The translations under genes and the position numbers were made by a program. The notes under the pieces were generated by a model. It saw nothing but the letters and a program-made list of their open reading frames with translations, made no database searches and was not told where the DNA came from. DNA of 63,265 nt, filler included, from Reclinomonas americana ATCC 50394 (taxonomy: Eukaryota), in the NCBI GenBank assembly GCA_048213135.1. It is 5 parts of 4 records of this genome, joined end to end, with 100 filler letters (N's around TTAATTAATTAA, not from the genome) between each part and the next. Parts side by side here need not be neighbours in the genome. Positions count along the whole stretch, not along the records: positions 1 to 22,006 come from PS015071.1; 4 more parts are not named here. One strand, given 5' to 3'. This document shows, piece after piece, positions 1 to 11,248 of the stretch (position 1 is its first letter; each line of letters begins with the position of its first letter).

Positions 1-401
1 CTCTCGGCGAGAACGGCCTGCCGCTGCGGCTCTTCCTCACGGCGGACTCGGCGGCGGTGGTCGACGAGTTCCGCCGCCAACTACCTCCCGACGTGCTGCT
101 CTACCTCGACAAGGAGATTGTGTACACGGGCGCCGATCCAGGCAGCCACTCCTCGTCGCCACAGAACTCCATGTACACTGCAACGGGCGGCGAAGAGACG
201 CACCTCGATCGCAACGTGGCCGATCTCTTCCTGCTGGCCTCCACGCAGGTGCTGCTGTACACCACCGACTCGCCGTTCGGACAGCACGCGGTGGCCGTGG
301 CACGAGCCATTCCGCGCCTGCAGCCCGTGCAAGCGTACCCGCTGTCCACCACAATACGAGGCGAGCCGCCACCCGTGTGCCCCGCAGTGTACAAGTCATG
401 A
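1..401 (+). CDS. Fucosyltransferase-like (GT-B, GT23/GT37-like) C-terminal fragment; probably the 3' end of the minus-strand gene at 633-2753
   Basis: Open from position 3: LGENGLPLRLFLTADSAAVVDEF...VADLFLLASTQVLLYTTDSPFG...; TGA at 399-401. FL(T/A)xD and DxxLL...SxFG are motifs II/III of inverting fucosyltransferases. Confidence 0.6.
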   Translation, partial: LGENGLPLRLFLTADSAAVVDEFRRQLPPDVLLYLDKEIVYTGADPGSHSSSPQNSMYTATGGEETHLDRNVADLFLLASTQVLLYTTDSPFGQHAVAVARAIPRLQPVQAYPLSTTIRGEPPPVCPAVYKS

Positions 402-632
402 TTGGTTTATGAAGGCCTAGGGGAAAGGGGGCGAGGGATTCGAANNNNNNNNNNNNNNNNNNNNNNNNNNNNNNNNNNNNNNNNNNNNNNNNNNNNNNNN
501 NNNNNNNNNNNNNNNNNNNNNNNNNNNNNNNNNNNNNNNNNNNNNNNNNNNNNNNNNNNNNNNNNNNNNNNNNNNNNNNNNNNNNNNNNNNNNNNNNNNN
601 NNNNNNNNNNNNNNNNNNNNNNNNNNNNNNNN

Positions 633-2753
633 TGTCGCCATGTGCGGCCGAGTACTCCTGGTAACAGCGCAGGAAAAGGGCGACGGCGGCGGCGGGTGAC
701 TCGGCGGAGAGAGTTTGACTGCGCACTTGCATGCCGACGGCTGTCGAAAAGGGGAGGGTACTTGAGCGGAGGAGGACGGGAAGTGCAGTGCGTTGCGACT
801 CAACTGTACGACTCGTCCATGCGCCTGCGCAGACGCGACATGACTCGCTGAATGTGATTCGACGGTCGCAGCAGAGCGCCAATACTGCGAAAAGAATAGA
901 TGCATGAGGATCGCTGACGTGTCCTTGCATGCACGCATGCCAGCGTCGACGCAACATGCGGCCCGTGTCGAGCAAGGCACCACTGAGACGATCGCGCTGC
1001 ACCAGTGCGCGGGTGAGCATGGCCAGTGAGGCACGCGAGCGAACCGTAAGCATCGGCTGCAGGGCACTGTCGCCGTGCTGCAGCGCCAGCGCGCTGACCG
1101 CAAAACCTGCAGTGAAATGAGTAATCCTTGCTCCGTTATGCCACACTCCACTAACACGCACCTTCGTGGTCCAAATCGAGCGACTGGGAGCCGATGGTGA
1201 AGCAGAGGCGCGACTGAACGTCACTGAGCTCGTACGGTCGCATCAGGGGCACAAAGAAGCGATCGAACGACGCCGGCGGTAGCCAGTCGATCACCAGCAG
1301 ACGGTGGGTGAGTGCTGCAAAATTCACCGCGTCGGCCAGCTGCTCCATGCGCCGACCAATGCCTGTGCGCGGGTGGTACGGAGTGAACAACTCTGTCGAT
1401 GGGGATCGATCTTAACCAGCACCCTCACCTCCCACCGGCTGCCAGATGAGCACTCGCGGCAAGCAGCCACGCGTCTGTGTCACCAGCTCCCGCTGCCAGG
1501 CGAAAAACGATGCCACCAGCTCCGACTCTGCGGTCGGCGAGTGCCACGCGGAGAACTCGAATGGTCTCCACTCGGTTTCTACACTCGAGTCAGTGGCGTA
1601 GAAAAACGGTGGTCCACATCGCTGCCGCTCACCAAACAACACGTCGTAGAATCGCCTCTGTGGTCGTGTGGGCGACAAAAGCAAGTCGACCTCCACGTTC
1701 TCGTAGTGCATGCTGTTGGACTCCTCGATCTGCACCCACACCGCCCACACGAGCAGTGCCAGTGCAACAGCAAGTGTGGCCACGAGAAGAATTCGCATGC
1801 ACCAGTCACTCTGCAGAGCGATGCAGAAGCACAGTTGTTATCACAAGACGAGCGCCACAACCACACAAACGCCCCCAACTCCACGCACCTCGCGACGCCG
1901 CCGCTCCTCCGCCTCCCGCTGCTTCTGCTGCTCCTTGGCGATGCGTAATCTCAGCAGCGATTCGGCTGCATTGGAGACTGGACCGCGTCTACCTGGCGCT
2001 GGTGAGGAAGCAGTAGCAGCAGCAGCACTAGCAGGTCGCCGCCCAGCACCAGCCACCGCCGGTGCGTTGTTGACAGACTCTGTCATTGTCGAGATCGATC
2101 CACCACCAAACACTCCAGCACCATCATCCGCGTACTGCAGACGCCGCCGAGTGCTGCCTGTCGCTCGCGTATCGCGTCGCGGAGGTGGCTCGGTGCGAGT
2201 GGACAGCGCACTCACCAGAGGCTACAACACCAACACCAATCAGTTCAACATCATCGTCATCAATCATCATCATCTGATCTCGCATTTCGCGCCCAACCTT
2301 GCCACGCACAGTCTCGGCGGTCACTGCCAGTGGGCGTGCGTTCTGTGACGGCGCATCGCCCTCCGCCATGAGATCATGCAAGAGGCGCTGCCAGTCGGCC
2401 TGCGACGATGCGGTGGAGGAGGCGGTGGAGGAGAGAGATGACGTGGATGTGGCGGTCTCTCCTCCTTGATGCTGCTTGATGCTCCACGGATGCCGCTCTG
2501 TCACACCAGACGCTCCTCCTCGTGCTGCTACCGCTGCTGCTGCTGCTTCATTGCGCCCCGTGCGTGTGAACGACCATGCCCGATCGTACAGGTACGATGC
2601 GCCACCGTCATCGTCCTCGTCATCGTCATGATCGGCGGGTGGCACTGGCGAGTGATACGAGGTGGGTGTGACGAGTGGAGAAACGTCGGCACTCGGTGGC
2701 GCCAGGTACAGCTCCGAGGCCAGCACCGGTGGGGCCACAAGGCGCCGGCGCAT
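633..2753 (-). CDS. Type II membrane fucosyltransferase-like glycosyltransferase, multi-exon, 3' end runs into gap
   Basis: Likely ATG at 2753 and a low-complexity N-terminal tail. TM segment RILLVATLAVALALLVWAVW (~1798-1740). GGIGRRM...AALTHRLLVIDW resembles the GLGNR...A..T.R.LvidW motif. VGMQVR (motif I, xGxHxR-like) lies near 730. GT-AG introns. Confidence 0.6.
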
Positions 2754-3586
2754 GCGTGTGTGTCGGCAGTCAATGTTCGCAGCGATCGACAAATTGATCG
2801 GGTTGTCAAACGCATGCGCAAGCTTGCAAGCCCTGCGATCTGCAGACGTAGTACTAGGGAGGTGTACGAGGATCCGACCGAGCAGCAAGAAGTTGCAGCA
2901 CGCTCGTATGTTGCAACTGAGAAACAGGATTTTCCCATTGTCGCGACCTCGAATTCGAAGCAAGATAGCCGCCAAGGTTGCTGACCTGTTTCCCGATTCA
3001 GCCACGGCCCCCCAACTCACGGGTTCAGCTTTTCGCCCAACTCAACTGCAACACAGCAACAGATATTGATACTGTACATCGATTCGAACCGAGCACCCAG
3101 CATTTGACGACAGGATCGCAGCCAGCGGCGCGCATCCTCACTCTACTTGTCCAGATCTTCTCGTTCTCTCCTTCTATGCATCACCATGGCAAGCAGTGAT
3201 CCTCTACGCGCCATGATCGCAAGGAAGATCCTCCACTTCAAAAAGATCCTCACATCAGCCACCACTCGCAATTGACGCCGCACTCGACTCGGTGGTCGTC
3301 ACATGCTGCGCCACCGTGTCGTTGATGCGTGCGATCAGATGCTAGCAGCGTGTGGTGCAGCGGCCGACCCAGGGTGTGTGTCGGGCAGGCTGCAGCGGGC
3401 GGTGCGCACTCGAGCGAATGAATTCGAATTCCGCGTGTTCAAAATCAATCCTCTGACGGAAAAACTCGATATCAGACAACCCTCCTTCCCCACCCTCTTT
3501 CGCTTTATCTGCGGAGCAAAGACCACCACCTCCCTCTCTATCGCTCTATTGCTTCATTGCTCTCTCTCTTTCTCTCTCTCTCTCTC

Positions 3587-6500
3587 ATGAAACACGCTTC
3601 TCTTCTGCTCGTGCTGCTGGGGCTCGGCCTCCTGCTGGCATGTCTGGCCAGCACTGCTCGTGGTTTGTTCACCCCCCTGGACATGCCCTCTGCATGCGCA
3701 CGTTGAGGGCTGTGATTGACACTAAGATGCCCGTTCTCTCTTGTCTCTTCTGCAGCTGCCTTTTACGAGGATGCCTCGCTCGGTGAGTCGAACAAACCAA
3801 TGTGCGTCCGCACAGCACATTGTATTTATCGTTTGTGACTGCTGCAGAGGATGATGGCGAGGAGGGCATCCTGAAGGCCATCTGCACGCCGAACGGTGGC
3901 GAATGCAACCCGAACGTACGTCTCCTTGCCTACTGCTTCACCTCGTCGTCGGTGAAAATCACTTATCTCGATTGCGCAGGGCCAATGCAAGAAGGGCAAA
4001 TGCGAGTGTCACTACAAGTTGCGTCTCTCCCTCTTCCTCTCACACTCTTTCCTATCTGTTATTAACGAACGCGTTGCGCGTGCAGCTGCTTCAACTTTGG
4101 TGGAAACGACAATCGATGTGACTAGTTGCGCATATTGGTTTTTCCGAGTGGATTCTCCCGCTTGCCTAATCTGTTTTGTTGTCGACTGGTGCAGCTGGAA
4201 GGGACCGAAGTGTACGTGCCACAAGTACGCCACTTGGTGAGTGCAGAGTACCATCGTTGCCGCAGCAGCAGCACGCCATCCGCTGACTGCGTTTTTCACA
4301 GTTCGAGCCACGGACACTGCGATTCCAGTATGTTCGAGTGGGCCGCATTATTTTGTGAGGTTTTTGATCCGGTTTCTCACACTGTGAGAGCACAGACGGC
4401 CTCTGTGTCTGCGACAAGGGCTACTATGGACAGAAGTGCAACAAGAAATGCAGCGTTGCGTCTCTCCTCCTCCCATGTTACGTGCTGCCGGTTCGACTGC
4501 TGAGAATCTCTTGCTTTCCGCAGGATGAAAACTCGTGCAGCGGTCACGGCTTCTGCAACGCCAAGGGCGGCTGCACGTGCGAGAGCAACTGGGCTGGGGT
4601 GTGTGATTGCCAAGCTTCTATCGTTTGTGTGCAGAGATTCTGTTGCTTACCTTCCTCTCGCCTGACGCAGCCCGAATGCGAGAAGTGTGCTCCGAACTAC
4701 TACGGCGACCAGTGCAAAGTGTTCTGCTCGGTTCGTGCTTGTGGTGTAACCTTCCTCCACGCCAGGCATCTGCTCTCATTGCTTGCGCCCTGCACACAGG
4801 ACAAGAAGACATGCAACGGGCATGGCAAGTGCAACAAGCACGGTACGTGCGATTGCAAGGAAAACTTCTACGGCGACAAGTGCGACGTGTTCTGCTCGGT
4901 GAGTGCGTGGTGTGTCACGCAGTTTGCATCTTCTGCCCCTCATGGATCCTCGCACGCAGGAGAAGAAGTCGTGCAATGGGCACGGCAAGTGCCAGGACGA
5001 CGGCTCGTGCGATTGCAAGGACAACTACTACGGCACTCACTGCAGTGTGTTCTGCTCGGTTTGTGCACACGGCACTTCTCTCTACTGCACGCATGCTGCT
5101 GGCTCACACACTCTCAACGCAGGACAAGGACACTTGCCACGGACACGGCAAGTGCAAGGACGACGGCTCATGCAAGTGCAACGAGAACTACTACGGAGAC
5201 AAGTGCGGCGTATTCTGCTCGGTTTGTGCAAACTGCACTTCTCTCATCTGCTTCCATATGCCGGTGGGCTCACACCCTCGACGCTCGCAGCCTCACGACA
5301 CGTGCAATGGACACGGCAAGTGCAAGAACAATGGCTCGTGCGACTGCGAAGACAACTACACTGGGGTTCGTTTGCGGAGTCTCGGTTTGCCAACACGTCC
5401 GTACGTGTGTGCTGCAGCAATTTGTGCTCACCACTGCCACTGGGTTCCTGTGCTATAGGACTCGTGCAACAAGTGCGCCGAGGGATTCTCGGGTCCGAAA
5501 TGCACCAAAAAGCCCCACCCCGACAGCTGGCGAAATGGCATTCGCAGTCGCGGCAACGCCGACGGCGCTGGCACTGACTGCACCAACCCGGTGGGCGGCG
5601 GTGTCACTGGCTCCGAGGCCGTGTGCAAGATCGCCTGCAATGTTGCGTTTTTGTTGTGTGCAGCACGCACGCATGTGTGCGGGGGAGAGAGGAGGAAGCT
5701 GATGTGTGGACACAGGCGACTTTAACGTGCAGTGGAAACGGCGAATGCCTGCCCGATGGAGGCTGCAACTGCACGTACGGCTGGGCTGGGGTGCGTGCCA
5801 TTGTATGCACGCAAGCAGTGCTCAGTGTCAACAGTCGATAACTTAGTGTTCTCGTGGTCACACAGTTGCACTGCGACCAATGCGCTCACCTTCACTGGGG
5901 CCCGAACTGCACCTTCTGCGAGGTACGTGTATGTCCCTTCCTGCATGGCAACAGTATTCCCACTCACCTATGCAACTCACAGCCGAACATCACCTGCAAC
6001 GGCCACGGCACATGCAGCACTAATGGAACCTGCGAGTGTACCGGCAACTTTAACGGGGTACGCTGCTTTTGTGGAGGCTGTGCTCAACACTGCATAAGCT
6101 CATCAACACACATTTGCAGGCCGACTGCTCCACCTGCACTGATGGCTTTTATGGTCCCGACTGCAACGTCACCTGCAGTGTTCGTCCATCGTCTCTTTGT
6201 TGACAGTCGCTCGCTCTCTCGACTGATGGCACCTCGACTGATGCACAGGCCAACACCACTTGCAGCAACAATGGAGTCTGCAGCAACACCACAGGAAGGT
6301 GCCTGTGCGACTTTGGCTGGGATGGGGTTCGTGCTTTTGATCTGTGACCGTGATCTGACGTGCGCCACCGCCCTCACCACTCTCGTCGTTATGCAGGGTG
6401 ATTGTGCTAGTTGCGCTGCTGGTTTCCTCAACTTTAATGACTCTTGCCAGCCGTTCTGCAACGTTGCGTGCTCACAAGAACGTCATCAAAGAAGACTGTT

Positions 6501-7350
6501 GACTCAAATCTCTTCTCCGATATCACAGTCGACTGGCGACTGCAACAATCACGGCACGTGCACCAACGGCACATGCGAGTGCGAAACCCTGTGGGCTGGA
6601 GTGCGTCACTTGCACCACTGCCTGCCAGTCACTGCCTGTTGTGCATTGACTCCTGCGTGCACACACTGCAGGTCCACTGCGAGAATTGCGCTCAGTCCGG
6701 ATTCTTCGGAACCAACTGCAGCGTTCAATGCGACGTTGCGTGCGCTCGCTGTGCAGGCAGGCCTGGTGTTGCACACCATGCTCACACAATATGTATATCT
6801 CTTAGGCGGCCACCAACTGCACCAACCACGGACAGTGCAGCAGGAACGGATCATGCACCTGCAACGACGACTTTACCGGAGTGAGTCTCACTCGCCTCTA
6901 CTCCTCGAGCTCTGTTGCAGTTCCTGTTATTGACTGTGAGTATACGCACAGCCCAACTGCGCCAACTGCACGGAGAACTATTACGGCGACAATTGCGCTG
7001 TCTTCTGCGAGGTGCGAACTGATTATCATTATTGTTACATTTGTTTGTGACTGCTGACACACTTCTCTCCTCCATTCTCGTGATCGCCACGCAGGCCAGC
7101 GTCACGTGCCTGGGCCGCGGCACATGTGACGGCAACGGCACTTGCGTGTGCAGCGGCAACTTTGCCGGGGTAAGTGCAGTCGTCAGCAGTCGCCACTGCA
7201 AACAACACCCACTCTCACTCGTTACTCCAAATCGAGCAGCCATACTGTGAGCTTTGCAAGTACGGCTTCAGCGGCGACAATTGCACGGAGCGGGAGAACA
7301 ACTGTGATGTTGCGTCGGCGCCCTTGAGCACAACCATTGGCCGCATCACA

Positions 7351-7439
<89 letters not shown>

Positions 7440-8168
7440 CCCGCCGTCAATTGCACGGGCAACGGAATCTGCTGTGTTGACGGTACTTGTGCCTGCAATG
7501 CGAACTGGACTGGGGTGCGTCTGCATGCAGTTCTTGCACTCAACACCCGCTCGCACTACGCTTCTAACCCACATTCCTGTACACAGCCTCACTGCGATCA
7601 GCCGGCGAAGAACAACACCAACACGACGTGCTCTGTTGCGTACTCCCGCAGTGTGCTTCGTGCCACGCCTGTGTCGGGACTCACCTCGCTGTTCCTCTTC
7701 GCAGTCCAACTCCGATTGCAACAACCACGGCAATTGCACCAACGACAAGTGTGAGTGCAATCCGGGTTGGTGCGGCAAGACGTGCCAGATCCCCGTCACC
7801 AACAACTCTACCTGCCAGACTGGTGAGTTGTGTGTGACAACAAGCGCGCTATTGATGTAATCACTCATCTGCTGCAAAGACAACGACTGCCTCGCCCAAA
7901 CCCTCGGTGCGAGGGCCGGCAATGGCGGACTGATTGACGGTGGGCGGTGTGTGAACAACGTATGTGAGTGCGTGTCGGCCAATCCGGGCCTGCACTGCCA
8001 GTGCCGCGCAGGTCAGTCAGTGAGCGCACCATTTCCTCTGAGCATCCCCTGTCCCTTACCGAGCGAGCACACGCAGACTCGATTCTGTGCCCGGCGATCG
8101 ACGCGCGTCTCGCCGTCTTTGACTGGCACACCGGCAATTTCCTCGGCTGTCTCGACGTGTGCCAGTAG
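3587..8168 (+). CDS. Secreted tenascin/laminin-type EGF-repeat protein, ~30 short introns
   Basis: Signal peptide MKHASLLLVLLGLGLLLACLASTA. Many CxGHGxCxxxGxCxCxxxYYGxxC units rebuilt by splicing. No TM segment; ends CLDVCQ-TAG at 8166-8168. Confidence 0.9.
7354..7438. repeat. (CA)n microsatellite in an intron
   Basis: Perfect CA run inside the intron starting at 7309. Confidence 0.95.
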
Positions 8169-8530
8169 TAATGCCGCCCACCCTCCCCCACAGCCTTTCG
8201 TTTTAGAGCCTGCTCGTGACCGGTTGTGCATGCATGCTGGTTCGTAGCGAGCGGCGGTGATGGTGGAAAGAAGAAGAAGAACAAGTGAAAGAGAACAACA
8301 TCAAATCTGTTCTTCAACAACAGTTTCTTCATTTTTCTTGCGTCCTCCTCCTCTCCAACCACACACCAGTCATCTTACTTTGGCAACACACATACACACA
8401 CAAGTATTCATGGGCAGGAATTACTGTGGCTGCAGCGCAATAGTGGCAAAGAGACTGGCGCGGCCGCGAAACACAACCAATGACAGGCATATGTCACGCG
8501 GGCATGGGCATGGGCATATTATGGAGCGTG

Positions 8531-11118
8531 TTAGAGGGTGCGATCGACACCCCATCGAGCGCGATGCAGTTCCTCAATAAAGGACAGCAGTGTCTTGCGC
8601 TCTCCCATGCGCGAGAGACCCATGTCCTTCAGGTCGGCCTCGGTGAGCACCGAGATGGCCTCCAGGCGGCTGAAGCCGTTCTCCTCCAGAACCTGCAGAA
8701 TGCTGACTGGCATCTTGCAGTGCTTCATGATCCAGTTCTCGACTGTGACGACAGAGTGCATTGGAGTCAGTTGTCTGCATGAAACCAGGCCGTGGCAATC
8801 GATATATGCGCACTCTCACCTGACATGCTCAGCAGACTGCCGCCGGGTGCGGCGGTTGCGCGAGGCGACGCTGACGAACCCTGCGAATCCTCAATGGTGT
8901 CCGAGTTGAGACTGTAGCCGTCGCTGCTGTCGCGATGCGCTGCCGCCGAGGAGCCTGCCGCACCACCGGCCGCTGGTTTGGCCTTGGCCACCTTTTTGAC
9001 GATTTTTCTGACAATGCGCTTCTTCGGCTTTTGTGGATTGTCACCACCGCCGCCACCGTCCGCGGCAATCGACCGCTGGCTGCCAGCATACGGGCTGGAC
9101 TGGGCGCTCGGCGACGAACTGCCGGCAGGCGCAGCGAAAGCGGTCGCAGAGCCGGCGATTATTGGGCGGGGTGCCGCCACAGGCACGGAAATGGCGGGCG
9201 GGCGGGCGCGGGACAGCATCACGGGCGATGCTGCGCCGGCGTGGCCGTAAGGTTTCGGCTTGATGGCGGTCGGCGACAGTGCGCCCTCAATCGACGGGCT
9301 GGTGGCCTCCGGGGACGACGCAATCGGCGTAAATGCGACCACATGGGGTGGCGATGACATGGGTAGCGGGCGCGACGGCTGTGTCGGCGCGGCAGCCACA
9401 GCAGCAGCAGCAGCCTTCTGGTGCTGTTGTTGCTGTTGCTGCTGCTGTTGTCGCTGCTGCAGGTGCTGCTGATGATGCGCGGCCATGGTGGCGGCCGTCA
9501 CAGTCACCATGGCAGAGGTGGTAGTGGTGGCGGCGGCGGCGGCGTTCGCTGTTGGTGTGGTCGCCTTGGTCGTCGTGGAGGACGAGGTCGGCGTGGTGGC
9601 GGTCGACGATGCCTCACGACGACTCTTGGAGGGAGTGACGGCGCGCGAGACGGCGGGCGTGTTGCGGCGCGAGGTGCCGGTGACGGGTGTGGTGGCCCTC
9701 GACTTGCTGTTGCGACCAGAGGCACTGTTGTGCAGGCGCCACACGCGACCGAGATCGCCGTTGCCAGCCAGGTCGGCCAGCGAAGTGCTTTCGTCGACCT
9801 GCAAAGCCAGCAGTGTTGAGTATCATCAAGAAGGCCAAAAAAAAGGAGTGCACGACGGATCGCGTGTACTCACCTCCAGCTCCTGGCCGTAGAACTGGTT
9901 CTGGAAGGGAATGCGTGTGACGGCAGTGATGCGGTCCTTCAGATCGCGCACAGTCATCATGTCGGCGTCTTGCGGATCGCGGTCGATGCGAATCGCGTGT
10001 CGCGGCCCCAGCAACACATGCCAGCCGCTCCAGCCCTCCGGCATCAGCGCCAGATGAGAGCCCTCGACCACACCCTGGTCGAGGAGCGACAGGTTGTCTT
10101 TCAAGTTGAGGTTGCCGAGGCGCATCGGCATGGCGTACACCGGAATGGAGAGCTGCTCCGTCAGCGCCCAGCGCAGCGAGTTGACCGAGTCCGACAACTC
10201 GGTGCGCACCGATATGTCGGCGCCGTTTGGCAGGCGGAGGGTGATGCTGGCCGAGGTGCTCTCGGCCTCGTGCTGGTTCTCCAAGCGGAAGCACGCACCC
10301 TGTGCCTTGGCCGGCAGCAGCGTCTGCAGCACCTGGTCGTCCGACTCGCCCGCCAGCGGCACACCGTACCGCTGCGTCGCGCCCGAAATGCCCGTGACCT
10401 CGGTCACACGACGACGCAGATCGCCAATCGTGGGCAACACTGCGGTTTGTCATCGAGTCAGGAGGGAATGAACCGATATCGATCGATCATGCAATATGCA
10501 AACTTCACACAAACCGTTTGTGGCAGTGTCGATTCGCACTGCTTTTCGCGGTCCATACAGCACCCAGTAGCCCAGCGGGCCCGTGGCTGCCATGTGCACC
10601 ACAGAATCGCGCGCAATGCCACAGTCGCGGAGTGTCCGGCCGTCGGCCAATGCCTTGCCGGCGCGAACCAGTCGCATGGTCTGCATTGGTGGGTGCGCAG
10701 TGTGATCAGCACGACCACAGGAAGAATCGCGACGGGTGGCGCGTGTGTGCACAGGCTGAAAGGATGAGAGAGGGAGCGAAGGAGAGGAGAGAGAGAGAGA
10801 GAGAGTGAAGAGGGAGTGAAGTGTTGTGCACGCGTGGTTGACAGTGTCGTTCGATCGCTATATCGCTCGTATCGCGTTTGTGCAGTGGAGGTGGTTGTGG
10901 AACGCAACAGTAGGCACCACCGTGTAGTCGTACGGCCCCTGTGTGCACGCACAAGAGAACAAACGTCAAAAATCCGACTGATGCACAAGTCGAACACTAT
11001 ACACACACACAGACGCAACAGACTCCGACATCATCCACTTGATCGTGTCGACACACTCGTCAGGATCCACTTGCAGCTGGGCCTCACCCAATGCCGTGCG
11101 CACAGTCAAGCATATCAT
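8531..11118 (-). CDS. Protein with four tandem ubiquitin-like domains, a low-complexity/polyQ linker and a C-terminal SAM domain
   Basis: MICLTVRTALGEAQLQVDPDECVDTIKW...LVRAGKALADGRTLRDCGIARDSVVHM (Ubl); TIGDLRRRVTEVTGI; LKDNLSLLDQGVVEGSHL; TVRDLKDRITAVTRIP. Last exon VENW...LEENGFSRLEAISVLTEADLKDMGLSRMGERKTLLSFIEEL is a SAM domain. Confidence 0.8.
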
Positions 11119-11248
11119 CACGTCGCGTCGAGTGGAAGAGGAATACCCTTGCTCGCACAACAAATCAAAATCGGTTGTATACGGTTTACTGGATTTTTTC
11201 AAGCGTCGTGCGAGAGAGAGCGAAAAGACAACTGTTTCTTTTTTTCTC

